Shown in pieces: positions 11,123-21,454 of a DNA stretch of 64,000 nucleotides (position 1 is its first letter; each line of letters begins with the position of its first letter). The DNA comes from Vicinamibacteria bacterium (lineage in GTDB: Bacteria > Acidobacteriota > Vicinamibacteria > Marinacidobacterales > Marinacidobacteraceae). A model generated the notes under the pieces. That model was given only the letters and a program-made list of their open reading frames with translations. It had not been told where the DNA came from and searched no databases. A program made the translations under genes and the position numbers. The DNA lies in contig OZ219815.1 of the NCBI GenBank assembly GCA_964291235.2, positions 576,001 to 640,000 on the forward strand, given 5' to 3'.

Positions 11123-13354
11123 TCAGTAGTAGCTGTCGCGGCCTCCTCCGGCGCCGAAGCCGAAACTCGTGATCCCTCCCAGGGTGATGCCGAAGTGGAA
11201 AATGTTCTCGTTACGGCTCGTCAGGTTGTAACGGATCCATTCGACGTTGAGCCCGCAGCACTGGAAGAGGAAATCGGCGCGCAGGCGGATGTTGGAGAGC
11301 CGGCGCTCGCTGATGTCGTAGTTGACGTCAACCCCGGTGCGGATCACTTCGGTGGGAAAGAAATCGGTTCCCGCCCGGAGATAGCTTTTGACGCTCACCT
11401 CGTCGCTGTCATCGCCGCCAATCCGGCGGGCGCGGCGCGACCAGTTGAAGTTGAACCGCCGGTTCGACAGTCGGTCTCCAATCCGGACACCAGTCCGGAT
11501 CGAGGTGAACAGCCGCTCGTCCGGATCCCATTCCATGGTCCAGTCGCCGTTCACGCTCTGGTCCGGCGTAAAACGGAAATCCGATCGGATCGGAGACTTC
11601 CGAATCTCCACTTCGCTGTCCTCAAACGAGGAAGAGACGTACTGGGAGTCATACGCCCCCGCCGTCGGATCGAAATACCAGCTCTGCTGGATGCGCCAGG
11701 TAATGACGTCCGTCGCGGAGGACTCCTCCACGCCGTCGCGGTACCGTTTCGCCAGCACCCGGTTCACGAGTCCGAAACTGATCTGGTTGGCCTGGGACGA
11801 GCTGTCGTAGCGGTCGAAGCGATTCACCAGGTCGAACTTGTCGTCACTCTTGCGGTAGTCCCACGATGCCTCGGGCTCGATGAGGTGCTTGTAGCGAGCG
11901 GCGTAGAAGCCTCCCGGGGTGTCAAAGATCCGCTCCAGCTTGGGTCCCGACATCTGGACCGAGGTTCCGTAAAACCGCCGGCTCAACTGCAGATCGGGCG
12001 TGAACTCGTCGGTCTCGGGATCAATGGAGCCGCCGTACCGCAGGTACCCCGCATCGATTTCAGCCCGCAATTGCAGGAAGGGAACCTCCGGCATCGAGAT
12101 CCCGAGCGTCGGCCCCACGAAGAGCCGGTTCCATTCCTGGAAGTCGTCCCGGCGCGAGCGGCCCACCCGCACGTAGTTCGTCTCGTAGCTGAGTTGCACG
12201 AACTGACTCAGCAGGTTGAGGTTGCGCCGGGAAATCGAGAACTGCGGCAGCGTCTGCCGGACACTGCTCCTGGACGTGTACTGCGTGTCCTTGCGATCGA
12301 TCTTGAACTTGATCCGGTGGCGGAAGAGTTGGCCGCTCAGGTCCACCTTGGTCCGCTTGTACCTCCGGGTGGAACGCGAAAAAGAGTCCTGGAAGCGCCG
12401 GCTGAAATCGAAACTGGAGAAGATGTCGCCAGCGGCGCTCAGTCGGAATCGCGCGGGCAGCCGCTGCGCCACGTTGAAACTGAGGGAGTACTCACGATTC
12501 TCGGTGGTCTTGTCATTGATGAGGAAGCCTTCGGCTTCGCCACGGGAACCGCTGGGGCCGCGATAGCGGTACTCCATCCCGAGACCGGTTCCCGACACCG
12601 TGAAATGGTCCACGCTCAGCGTCGTGTCCATCGAGCGGTTGATGGCCCAGTAGAAGCCCTGGCTGAAGAGGTGGCCCCGGAGGTCGGAACGGCTGTAGCG
12701 CGGAATGAGGAAGCCGGTCTGCCGGCCATCCTCCTCAAGCGGGTAGTAGAGCGCCGGGAAATAGGTCACCGGGACGTTCTTGACGCGGAACGACACGTTG
12801 CGCAACCAGACGTGTTTCTCCGGCCGGACGACGGCGCGACTGGCGGTGAAGTTCCAGCGGGGATTCGGCTGCGCGCAGGTCGTGAACGCGCCCTGTTCGA
12901 TGGCGAACGCTCCGTCTTCCAGTTCCTCGAGGGTCTCGGCCACGAAGTGGAAGTCCTGCCCGAGAACGCCCCTCGCATTCCGAAAGATGGCGGTGCCGCC
13001 CTCAAGACTTCCCTCCATGGACTCGGCGACCACCTTCTCGTCGCGCCGTTCAAAAACGACGTTGCCCGTCGCCCGCACCCGGAGGGCTTCTTCGTCGATT
13101 TCGATGCGGTCGGCCTGTATCCGAAGTCCGCCGTAGGCCACTTGTGCGTAGCCGTCGAGGACGACCTGCGAACCCTCGCGACTGACGCGTTCCGCACGCG
13201 TGATCATGGTGCCCGCGGGCGGCGGGTCGTGGCTCCAGGCGACCGGTGGGTGTTCTCTGTCTCCCTGGTTCCGCCGCTGGCCTCTTTGGGAGCCCTGGAC
13301 GAGCACCGGAAGGGCAACGGCAAACCCCAGGAGCACGACCGCGGAAAGACGCAT
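11123..13354 (-). CDS. lptD: LPS-assembly outer-membrane protein LptD
   Basis: Signal peptide, OstA-like jellyroll (LRIQADRIE), FTTC..P.P.W, RQTGFLIP, C-terminal QCCG barrel end. Confidence 0.88.
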   Translation of the reverse strand: MRLSAVVLLGFAVALPVLVQGSQRGQRRNQGDREHPPVAWSHDPPPAGTMITRAERVSREGSQVVLDGYAQVAYGGLRIQADRIEIDEEALRVRATGNVVFERRDEKVVAESMEGSLEGGTAIFRNARGVLGQDFHFVAETLEELEDGAFAIEQGAFTTCAQPNPRWNFTASRAVVRPEKHVWLRNVSFRVKNVPVTYFPALYYPLEEDGRQTGFLIPRYSRSDLRGHLFSQGFYWAINRSMDTTLSVDHFTVSGTGLGMEYRYRGPSGSRGEAEGFLINDKTTENREYSLSFNVAQRLPARFRLSAAGDIFSSFDFSRRFQDSFSRSTRRYKRTKVDLSGQLFRHRIKFKIDRKDTQYTSRSSVRQTLPQFSISRRNLNLLSQFVQLSYETNYVRVGRSRRDDFQEWNRLFVGPTLGISMPEVPFLQLRAEIDAGYLRYGGSIDPETDEFTPDLQLSRRFYGTSVQMSGPKLERIFDTPGGFYAARYKHLIEPEASWDYRKSDDKFDLVNRFDRYDSSSQANQISFGLVNRVLAKRYRDGVEESSATDVITWRIQQSWYFDPTAGAYDSQYVSSSFEDSEVEIRKSPIRSDFRFTPDQSVNGDWTMEWDPDERLFTSIRTGVRIGDRLSNRRFNFNWSRRARRIGGDDSDEVSVKSYLRAGTDFFPTEVIRTGVDVNYDISERRLSNIRLRADFLFQCCGLNVEWIRYNLTSRNENIFHFGITLGGITSFGFGAGGGRDSYY

Positions 13355-13428
13355 CCGGCGACGATCCGCGCAATCCGCGGGCCGCCGTGAAGGAATCACG
13401 GTGGGATTCCAGTCCCGCCGTCGTTCAA

Positions 13429-13625
13429 CAGCCTGTGGCAAAACCCCCAAGGCCCAGTTCTCCCGGTGGGGGCTCGAGCGGCGATGCATCCCGTCTGAAC
13501 CGCGCCTCTACGAGGCGCTCATCGTTGCGTTTCGGTCGAAATACACTCGGTATTCCTCCCTCACGCGCCTTGTCAGCCGGGCGCCTCGCCACTCTCGGCG
13601 CTCACGGGGGTTTCACCACAGGCTG
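13429..13625 (-). mobile_element. Structured MITE-like element, copy 1 (197 bp; 18-nt extra segment)
   Basis: CAGCCTGTGG...CCACAGGCTG termini; shared core GATGCATCCCG.CTGAAC...GGTCG.AATACAC..GGTATTCC...TCAGCCGGGCG; strand given is the inferred structural strand. Confidence 0.9.
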
Positions 13626-14237
13626 TTAGCGCGCCGGCTCGTAGTACGGGTTCGTTCCGGCGGCGTGGTCGGTGGTGTCCAGGATGGCGCCGATCTCCGG
13701 AACCGCCCGGCGCAGGATCTTCTCGACTCCCTGGCGGAGAGTGGCGGTGGCCATGCCGCACCCCTGACATCCCCCTCCCATGCGAATGAAGACCTGGTTG
13801 CGCTCAACTCCCACGAGGTCGATGTACCCACCGTGGGAGGCGACCGCCGGGTTGATTTCGTCCCGCAGGACGGCCTGGACACGATCCCGGATGTCTTCCG
13901 GCGCCGGGAGGCCCTCGAGCAGCGCGGGGTCCACCGCCGGCTCCGCTCCCTCGAGGACGGATCGGATTCGCTGGCCCGCCTCGCGTCCGATCGGCATCCA
14001 GTTGGCCTGGTTCTCTGCCGCGGTGACCGTGATCAGGTTGTCCTGGATGAGGACCCCTGCAACCCCGGGAATGCCCAGGAGTTCGCGCGCCAGCGCGGAA
14101 CCTCCGGCCGGTCCGGCGGAGTCGAAATAGGCCGATCCCCCGGGGAACACGGGACGGTCAATCACAAACCGGCAGGTCGAGGCGTCGCGCGGCTCGGCCC
14201 GAATGCGGATCGCGGGAGCGGGCGGCGGAAGAGACAT
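13626..14237 (-). CDS. NifU/NfuA-family Fe-S cluster carrier (Nfu N-terminal + NifU C-terminal domains)
   Basis: INPAVASHGG, MGGGCQGC, DTTDHAAGTNPYY; ATG at 14237 (the longer ORF call runs through element copy 2). Confidence 0.92.
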   Translation of the reverse strand: MSLPPPAPAIRIRAEPRDASTCRFVIDRPVFPGGSAYFDSAGPAGGSALARELLGIPGVAGVLIQDNLITVTAAENQANWMPIGREAGQRIRSVLEGAEPAVDPALLEGLPAPEDIRDRVQAVLRDEINPAVASHGGYIDLVGVERNQVFIRMGGGCQGCGMATATLRQGVEKILRRAVPEIGAILDTTDHAAGTNPYYEPAR

Positions 14238-14250
14238 GAAAGAAGCGTAG

Positions 14251-14424
14251 CAGTCTGCGGAGAAAATGACGTGAGCACGGAGAACGGTGAGACGCCCGGC
14301 TGACGAGGCGTGTGAGGGAGGAATACCGGGTGTATTCCGACCGAAACGCAACGATGGGGGCCGCATGGCGGCCCGTTCAGACGGGATGCATCGCAGCCAC
14401 CGGTTGCCGGCAACGCACAGGCAA
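14251..14424 (+). mobile_element. Structured MITE-like element, copy 2 (inverted relative to copy 1, degenerate ends)
   Basis: Core CCCGGCTGA..AGGCG..GAGGGAGGAATAC..GTATTCCGACCGAAACGCAACGATG..TTCAGACGGGATGCATCG; ends CAGTCTGCGG and GCACAGGC. Confidence 0.85.
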
Positions 14425-14808
14425 GGCGGAGGCCAGTGATATCGGGTGACAGCGTCGGGCATCCGGGAGTTCAGGAAACCGGCACGCTCCGCTTCCGGAC
14501 AATGAATCGCCGCGGGGATTTCTGAATCGCACCGGCGCGCCGGATACGGGATACGGATCGGTGGAGCGCTGAAATCGGCGCATTCCCCCGGGATGCGGCG
14601 CCGGATCGCCGGAATTCCCGCGCCGAACCGTCCGTCCCCGGCCACCGCCGCCCCGGGCGCATCCCTTGCGCCTCTTGAAGGACATGCACGGCAACGCGCC
14701 CAAGCCGCCCCGGGTCCCGGAAACCACTCGAATTCAAAGAACACCGGTTCTGCCCCGGGCGAAGCGCCGAAGCCGGCTTTCCAAACCCCCAAGGAGAACA
14801 ACTTCCCC

Positions 14809-17682
14809 ATGAAACACATCACTTTCCTGGCGCTCGCTCTCGCGGTGCTGGCCGGCGCCCCGGCGTTCGGCCAGACCGCGGGAGAAATCGAGGGCCGGGT
14901 CACCGACTCCCAGGGTCTCGCCATCCCCGGAGCGACCGTCACGCTCTCCGGCGAAGCCCTGATCACCGAACAGCGGACCGTCACCCTGAGTGACGGCTCC
15001 TACCGGTTCCGATCGCTCCGTCGCGGCGCGTACGACCTTCGGTTCGAGATCTCCGGATTCCAGATCCTCCTGCGCGAAGGCATCATCGTCGAGGGGAACC
15101 GGACCATCACCGTCCCGGTGACCCTCGAAGTCGCCACGGTCGCGGAAACGGTCACGGTCACCGGCGAAGCGCCGGTGGTGGACGTCCGCACCACGGCGCT
15201 ATCCACGGACTTCGGGACCGAGGCCCTCCATGAGGTGCCCTCCGCAACCGATGTCTGGGCGGTGCTCGCCCAGACGCCGGGCGTACGGATGCGCGGCTAC
15301 GACGTCGGCGGCAGCCACAAGAGCCAGCAGACGGGCTACGAGAGCTTCGGGATCCGCCGCCAGAACCGGATCCTCGCCGACGGCGTGGACACCACCGAAG
15401 GGGAAAGCGGCACCGGCTTCTACTTCGACTACTACTCCATCGAGGAGTTCACCACCTCGGCCGCCGGCGCCGACGTCGAGATGACCGGACCCGGCTCGAT
15501 GGTCGTCATGACGATGAAGAGCGGCGGCAACGAGTTCAGCGGGCTCCTGCACGCCGACTACGAGCATGAGTCGTTCGTCGGCAACAACGTGGACAGCGAG
15601 CTGGAGTCCCGCAACTTCACGGGCAATCCGAACATCCTGTTCTGGGAAGGCCACGCCGACCTCGGCGGGCCGATCGTGGAGGATCGCGCCTGGTTCTACG
15701 GCTTCTACAACCACTTCCGCATCGACAAGCAGGTCTCGGGGGTGGATCCGAACCTGGCCACCGACCTCGGCGACTTCGACCAGTTCGGCGGCAAGGTCAC
15801 CGCGCAGTTGACCAGCCGGGACCAACTCATCGCCTACACCAACTACCAGTTGAAGCAGAAGCCGAAGCGCGGCCTCTCGAACACGGTGGGTCCCGACTCG
15901 GTCCTGGCCCAGGACAGTTGGAGTTGGGCGCACAAGGGCGAATGGCAGCGCGTCTGGGACGACCGGACCTTCTCGACCTTCGCCGTCAAGCACTTCGGAT
16001 TCGGTTGGCCGATGGTGCCGCAGGTCGATCCGGAGTCGAACCCGCCGCGGTTCGACCAGGCAACCGGCATCCACACCGGCGCCGGCTGGAACACCAACAT
16101 CACCGGGACGCCGCCGTTCACGTTTGAGCGCTGGAAGCCCCAGGTGACGGCCACCGTGAGCCACTACGTGCCCGACTTCCTCGGCAGCCATGACTTCAAG
16201 TTCGGCTACGACTTCCAGATCGACGCCCGGAAATTCGGCGCCAACTCGAACTCCGGTCACGTCCGCTACATCGACGACAGCTCCCAGGGCCGGCCGCTGG
16301 ACGTGGACCAGATCGCGCTGTTCAGCATGCCCGCCGACGGCCAGATCAACGCCGATTCGCGGAACACCCATCACGACGTGTTCGCCCAGGACACCTGGCG
16401 GCCGATCGCCCGGCTGACGCTGAACCTCGGCGTCCGTTTCGGGCAGCAGCGGACTCATTTCCTCGACTCGGAGTCGAACCCGCTGTTCGCCGACTTCTTC
16501 CCGACCGGGGTGACCCAGGGACAGACCCTCGTCACCTGGAACACCTGGGCGCCCCGGGTGGGAGCAACCTATGAGCTCGCGGCGGGAACGGTGCTGAAGG
16601 GTCACTACGGCCGCTACTACGTGAACCTCGCGGACGCGCACCGCCGCGCCGACCCGGCGAACGTGGCCTGGACCCGGTTCGATTTCCTCGATCAGAACGG
16701 GAACGGCCTCTACGACGGGGCGAGCGAGCTCGGCACGATTCGCGCAACGAGCGGCGCTACCGGTACGGCCCTGCGGACGCTGGGCACGCCGGTGAACCCG
16801 AATCTGCAAAAGGAATACGTGGATGAGTTCAGCGTCTCCTTCGAGCACGAACTGGTCGCGGACACCGCTCTGCGCGCGTCCTTTGTCCGCAAGCAGCTCA
16901 ACGCCGACAGCGGGCAGTGGAACGTTCCGCAGCAGACCGCGCTCCTCGAGGGACGCGGCATCCCCTGCGGCACAGACTTCGAGTGTCCGACCAACGCGCT
17001 CACCGGGGCGCCGATCAACGTACAGCGGGTCCCGGACGACGTCGCCAACGTAGTGGACATCCAGACCGACACGTTCCCCGACATGGCGGCCAGCTACGAC
17101 ACCTTCCAGATCGCGGCAAACCGTCGTTTCGCGGGTGGATTCTTCGTGCAGGCGAGTTTCGACTACCAGTGGCGGGACGAGTACCGCGCCGCTTCGGGAG
17201 AATCACGAAGCCCCCTGACGGCCGACCCGATCGACGTGGGCTCCGACGGACACGGCACGATCTGGCAAAACCACAGCCTCGACGTCCCCTTCCGCCAGGA
17301 AACCACGAACTGGAACGGGCGCCTGCTCGCCCGCTACACACTGCCCTACGGGGTCGCGGTGTCCGGAAACGTGCGCTACCAGAGCGGCTGGCCGTGGGCT
17401 CCGATCCAGCGGGTCTCGATTCCCGGTTCGGGCACCCAGCCGATCTTCCTCTCGAACCTCGATGAAAACCGCTCCGACGCGGTGACGCTCGCCGATTTCC
17501 GGATCGAGAAGAACTTCGAGGTCGGCAACGGCTCGCTCCTCACCGCGATGGTGGACGTGTACAACGCCCTGAACTCCAACGCGGTTAGCAACTTCAATCT
17601 GCGGACGGGCGCGAATTACAACAACGTGATCGCCGCCCTCGATCCCCGCGCCGCCAAGGTCGGCCTCCGCCTGACCTTCTGA
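14809..17682 (+). CDS. TonB-dependent receptor with carboxypeptidase-regulatory-like N-terminal domain, paralog 1
   Basis: AAGGAG RBS, signal peptide, GRVTDSQG..IPGATV, ETVTVTGEAPVVD, LGGPI, C-terminal RLTF. Confidence 0.9.
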   Translation: MKHITFLALALAVLAGAPAFGQTAGEIEGRVTDSQGLAIPGATVTLSGEALITEQRTVTLSDGSYRFRSLRRGAYDLRFEISGFQILLREGIIVEGNRTITVPVTLEVATVAETVTVTGEAPVVDVRTTALSTDFGTEALHEVPSATDVWAVLAQTPGVRMRGYDVGGSHKSQQTGYESFGIRRQNRILADGVDTTEGESGTGFYFDYYSIEEFTTSAAGADVEMTGPGSMVVMTMKSGGNEFSGLLHADYEHESFVGNNVDSELESRNFTGNPNILFWEGHADLGGPIVEDRAWFYGFYNHFRIDKQVSGVDPNLATDLGDFDQFGGKVTAQLTSRDQLIAYTNYQLKQKPKRGLSNTVGPDSVLAQDSWSWAHKGEWQRVWDDRTFSTFAVKHFGFGWPMVPQVDPESNPPRFDQATGIHTGAGWNTNITGTPPFTFERWKPQVTATVSHYVPDFLGSHDFKFGYDFQIDARKFGANSNSGHVRYIDDSSQGRPLDVDQIALFSMPADGQINADSRNTHHDVFAQDTWRPIARLTLNLGVRFGQQRTHFLDSESNPLFADFFPTGVTQGQTLVTWNTWAPRVGATYELAAGTVLKGHYGRYYVNLADAHRRADPANVAWTRFDFLDQNGNGLYDGASELGTIRATSGATGTALRTLGTPVNPNLQKEYVDEFSVSFEHELVADTALRASFVRKQLNADSGQWNVPQQTALLEGRGIPCGTDFECPTNALTGAPINVQRVPDDVANVVDIQTDTFPDMAASYDTFQIAANRRFAGGFFVQASFDYQWRDEYRAASGESRSPLTADPIDVGSDGHGTIWQNHSLDVPFRQETTNWNGRLLARYTLPYGVAVSGNVRYQSGWPWAPIQRVSIPGSGTQPIFLSNLDENRSDAVTLADFRIEKNFEVGNGSLLTAMVDVYNALNSNAVSNFNLRTGANYNNVIAALDPRAAKVGLRLTF

Positions 17683-17788
17683 CGGCTCCGCCGCGGTGGC
17701 CGGCGCTCTCGCCGGCCACCCGGCCCCCCGGCGCCCGAATCGAGCGCCGATGTGGCACGATCCTTTCTTGCTCGTCGAGCGGAAAGGA

Positions 17789-18889
17789 ATGAGAAACGGC
17801 AAGCGCCTCCTGCGCGCCGCGCCCATCGCGATTCTGCTCGCCGTGCCGGCGCTCGCGTACCACTTCTACGGCGGCGGCAGGCTCGGCGTCGTTGCGTCCA
17901 CGGGTGCGTTCCGCTGGGAACCGGAGGACTTCCCCCTTCGGTTCCGGATCGTCGAGAACGACCATCTGCCATCGTTTCCCGGACTCACGGAAGCCACCTG
18001 GCGGGAACTCATCAACCGGGCCTTCGCGCATTGGACGGCCATTCCCACGGCTCGCATCACCATCGTCGTCGAAGACGAGACGGTAGCGGCTGAGCGCGCG
18101 GCGGACGACAGAATCAACACGGTCGGCTTCGGCGTTCCCGAGGAGGACGAGGACGAATTCCGGTTTGCCGCAACGGCCCGCTGGCGATACGACGGCGCCG
18201 ACTGGGTCGGCTGCGACATCGAATTCAATCCTTCGTACTACGCCGGTCTCCGTGAGCGTCTTCAGGAGAGGGAGTTGCCGGATGTGGCTTTCTGGTCTGC
18301 TCTCGAGAACACGATGATCCACGAGATGGGTCACTGCCTCGGCCTGGCGCATTCGGTCCTCAACCCGATGTTGCCGAGGACCACCGCACAGCCCGCGTGG
18401 ACCCGGGGGGACGGCTTCCTTCCGGAGGGGGTGGCGGCGTTCGCCGCCCATCCGAACATGTCCTACGGGAACGACTTCGGGTTCGTGGGACTCACCCCCG
18501 ACGACGAGATCGCGGTCTCTCTGCTCTATCCCGCCTCCGGATTCCTCGAATCCCGGAGGGCGCTCGCGGGAAGGGTGGTTTTCGATACCGGTGATCCCGC
18601 GCCTTTCGTCTACGTCCAGACCGTGAAGTCTTCATTTGCCGATGTATTCGGTCCCGGCACGCTGACGGACCAATCCGGACAGTTCCTTCTTGAGGGACTC
18701 CGACCCGGTCCCGTCATGCTTTGGGTTCATCCCGTAACCATTCCGGGCGCCCACACCTTCCGCGAGGCCGTGCAGGAAACGGGCACTCTCGACATCGTGG
18801 ACCGCTGGCGCTGGGCTCGGGTCCCGGCGGGCCAAGGACAGCTCAGCCTCGTTCCCGACATCATCGTCTCGAGCGGTCGTTCCCCATGA
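17789..18889 (+). CDS. Secreted matrixin-like (metzincin) zinc protease
   Basis: Signal peptide; HEMGHCLGLAH (HExxHxxGxxH); Met-turn PNMSYG; LTPDD. Confidence 0.88.
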   Translation: MRNGKRLLRAAPIAILLAVPALAYHFYGGGRLGVVASTGAFRWEPEDFPLRFRIVENDHLPSFPGLTEATWRELINRAFAHWTAIPTARITIVVEDETVAAERAADDRINTVGFGVPEEDEDEFRFAATARWRYDGADWVGCDIEFNPSYYAGLRERLQERELPDVAFWSALENTMIHEMGHCLGLAHSVLNPMLPRTTAQPAWTRGDGFLPEGVAAFAAHPNMSYGNDFGFVGLTPDDEIAVSLLYPASGFLESRRALAGRVVFDTGDPAPFVYVQTVKSSFADVFGPGTLTDQSGQFLLEGLRPGPVMLWVHPVTIPGAHTFREAVQETGTLDIVDRWRWARVPAGQGQLSLVPDIIVSSGRSP

Positions 18890-19797
18890 GATACCTCGCG
18901 AAGCGCATCTTCCCCGCCGCAGCGCTCGCGCTGACTTTGGTCTTCTTTGGATGTCAGGCTGCGGATCGCTCGGGCACGTCCACCACTCCTCAGCGGACCC
19001 AGACCCCGCAAACCCAGATTTCGGCCGACAAGATCATTCCCATCCAGCTCGAGGGTCTCTTCGTTCGCCCCGACACCACGCTCCGGATAACCGAAGGAAC
19101 GCAGGTAGTGGTTCACGCCGCGACCGACGGGCTGGGCAGGGACTTCACGAATGGGGGGCAGGGGGAGGGCATTCCGGTGCGCGTGCGGCACGACGCTCCG
19201 CCAGATCAGGTCACGGCCGGGGGGGAGGTTCGGGTGGGAGGTTCGAGCGCCCCGGGCATCGTTCACATCCGGGCGTTGGCTGACGACGTGAAGGAACCCG
19301 AGGCGACGTTCTCGCTCTGGCTTGAGCCGGTTCCCGGACATCAACTCAGTGGAGGGTTCGTACTCGAGGTGGATTCGACACCGCTGCGGTTCAGGGTGGT
19401 GGATGCGCACCCGGCAGACTGCGGAAACGTCCGGATCGCGGCCCGACTCGACGGCGCTCGTCGGGCCGCCGGCTCATTCGCGGCAGGCCTCTTCGGAGAC
19501 GACATCGAGGACTACCAGGTCGCGCGACTCACAATCCAGACCGCCGATCCGCATCTGGGCGTCTCCCTCACGGCGCCCTATCGCGAGCGGTACGCGCACC
19601 TCGAGGAAGAGGAGAGGCCCAACCACAGCGCCTTTCCGGCCACATTCGCCCTGAGCGCGACACTCTGGGGAGTGGGCGACACGCTGCGCCAGACCTTCTC
19701 GCTGGCCTATTTCGCACCGCTCGAACTAACGGCCGAATCACCGGGATGCGAGCCGATTCGCGTTCAGTGCGAAACTAGTAGCTGCAATGTCCGCTGA
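18886..19797 (+). CDS. Hypothetical lipoprotein
   Basis: ATGA overlap with the protease stop; lipobox-like VFFGC; ADDVKEPEATFSL resembles a Calx-beta/Ig-like strand. Confidence 0.65.
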   Translation: MRYLAKRIFPAAALALTLVFFGCQAADRSGTSTTPQRTQTPQTQISADKIIPIQLEGLFVRPDTTLRITEGTQVVVHAATDGLGRDFTNGGQGEGIPVRVRHDAPPDQVTAGGEVRVGGSSAPGIVHIRALADDVKEPEATFSLWLEPVPGHQLSGGFVLEVDSTPLRFRVVDAHPADCGNVRIAARLDGARRAAGSFAAGLFGDDIEDYQVARLTIQTADPHLGVSLTAPYRERYAHLEEEERPNHSAFPATFALSATLWGVGDTLRQTFSLAYFAPLELTAESPGCEPIRVQCETSSCNVR

Positions 19798-19806
19798 CGG
19801 GAATCC

Positions 19807-20403
19807 ATGAGACAACGAAACGCGGCGCCCGGACTGGACGCGCCGCCTTCGCCCCGCACCGGACTTGTGTCCGGATTGGCGCTGGCCGCCCTGCTCTTCC
19901 TTCCCACAAGTCTCGCCGCCCAGCGTCGCGAGCCCATTCCGTCGCCCTTCGCGCCACTCGGGATCGCGAAGATGTCCGAGTTGGCCACCCAGGTCGTGGC
20001 CGGCACCATCGAGAGGATGGAATCAACCTGGAACCACGACCATTCGCGCATCTACACGCGGGTCACCATGAGCGTCGAGCGGGTGTTGTCCGGTCAGGCC
20101 GGCAGCAGGATCGTGTTCCGCATCCCCGGCGGCACCGTCGGAGACACCACCGTCATGGTCTCCGAGATGCCGCACTTCCGGGTGGGCGAACAGACGGTGG
20201 TCTTCCTGCGCGGAAGCCGCGGGCGGCTACCGTCGGTCCTCGGGGGAACGGAGGGAAAGATGCCGCTCTCCCGCGCGGACGACGGAAACCTCAGCCTGCT
20301 CTTCCCGATCCGGGCCTCCGCTGGTAGCGGCGCTGGACAACCCACTCACGAACTCGACGCGCTGGAACGCCTGGTCCGCGGCAGCGCCGCCCTGCGGCGG
20401 TAG
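19807..20403 (+). CDS. Secreted beta-rich hypothetical protein
   Basis: Signal peptide; VVAGTI..IYTRVTMSVERVLSG..IPGGTVG..MPHFRVGEQTVVFL pattern. Confidence 0.75.
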   Translation: MRQRNAAPGLDAPPSPRTGLVSGLALAALLFLPTSLAAQRREPIPSPFAPLGIAKMSELATQVVAGTIERMESTWNHDHSRIYTRVTMSVERVLSGQAGSRIVFRIPGGTVGDTTVMVSEMPHFRVGEQTVVFLRGSRGRLPSVLGGTEGKMPLSRADDGNLSLLFPIRASAGSGAGQPTHELDALERLVRGSAALRR

Positions 20404-20430
20404 CGACCTTCGGGAGCGACGGAGCCTTGG

Positions 20431-21339
20431 CTAACGCCGGCCCCGCCGGCCCCGCCGATCGGGGGGAAGGTCCACGGCGCCCCGCACATTGTCGTGGTGA
20501 ATCCGCGACCGGCGGACTCCGGTCACGGTCAGGCCGCCCTCCACGTCGCGGACCCGGACGCTCCCGGAGCCGGCATCGCTAACCCGCACTTCGCCGCCCA
20601 CACGCTCGATCTCGATGCTGCCGGAGCCGTCGTCCGTGACCACGACATTTTCCGTCACCTCATGGATCTTGGCCCCACCGGAGCCGTCCTCGAGCGTGAC
20701 GCTGCCGGCGACCTCGCGGATCGTAAGGCTCCCGGAGCCGTCCTCCACCGAGACGTCGCCGGTAACGTCCTCGATGGTCAGGCCGCCGGAGCCATCTTCC
20801 ACGAAAACGTCACCCCGCGCCCCGGAAATGCGCAGCCCTCCGGAGCGGTCGTTCACCCGGACCGATCCCGTGCGGCTCAGCCGCAGCGAACCCGACCCGT
20901 CCTCCACCGCCACCGGACCGACATCCGATACCGTGACGGATCCCGACCCGTCTTCCAGATCAATGGCGGTCGCGGCGGGAACGCGGACCACGAGATGGAT
21001 GCTCGCGTAGCGGTTCCGCCAGAAGCCCCAGCCACTGCCTTGCCGCTCCGGGTAGGTCGTCCGGAGCCGTCCTCCCTCGAGCGACACCGCCAATCCGGCG
21101 AGCAGCTCCTCATTCGCTGCGCAAAGGGTCGCGGTCACCCGGAACTCGTTGAGCTCCGGCTCGCCGGTGATCTCGACGGCGCCGGCGCCGCTCTTCACCT
21201 CGAGTGCAGCGGCGGAAGGGCCGCTCAACTCCACGGTGTCCCGGTGTTCGCAGTTTTCCCTGTCCGGTTGCGCGAAGGCCGCCGGCGCCACCAGGGCCGT
21301 GAGCAGCAGCGAGAGCGCGGTGCGTCCCATCTTGGTCAT
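20431..21339 (-). CDS. DUF4097-like beta-strand repeat protein (putative adhesin)
   Basis: Signal peptide and regularly spaced (E)DGSG repeats of about 19 aa. Confidence 0.82.
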   Translation of the reverse strand: MTKMGRTALSLLLTALVAPAAFAQPDRENCEHRDTVELSGPSAAALEVKSGAGAVEITGEPELNEFRVTATLCAANEELLAGLAVSLEGGRLRTTYPERQGSGWGFWRNRYASIHLVVRVPAATAIDLEDGSGSVTVSDVGPVAVEDGSGSLRLSRTGSVRVNDRSGGLRISGARGDVFVEDGSGGLTIEDVTGDVSVEDGSGSLTIREVAGSVTLEDGSGGAKIHEVTENVVVTDDGSGSIEIERVGGEVRVSDAGSGSVRVRDVEGGLTVTGVRRSRIHHDNVRGAVDLPPDRRGRRGRR

Positions 21340-21454
21340 TGCGTGACTCCCTCGGGGGCACTGGAGACGGCGCGTTCCGTCCGTCGGCCCCGGATACCCC
21401 GACCTAACGCCGAATCAGCGGCTGCGGTTCCGTCCTCCCTATACTGAACGGGCT

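Noticed and set aside
14295-14350. Hammerhead-like CTGACGA...GAAAC in element copy 2
   Set aside because: The core is not conserved (CTGACAA or CTGAGAA in other copies, GAAG in copies 3 and 4), and the covarying pairings conflict with a hammerhead fold
14238-14984. N-terminal extension of the NifU-like ORF
   Set aside because: Runs through element copy 2 and the start of the opposite-strand receptor; the recognisable domain begins at ATG 14237
20560-20960. Periodic ccggagccgtc DNA repeats
   Set aside because: Explained by the DGSG protein repeats of the DUF4097-like gene
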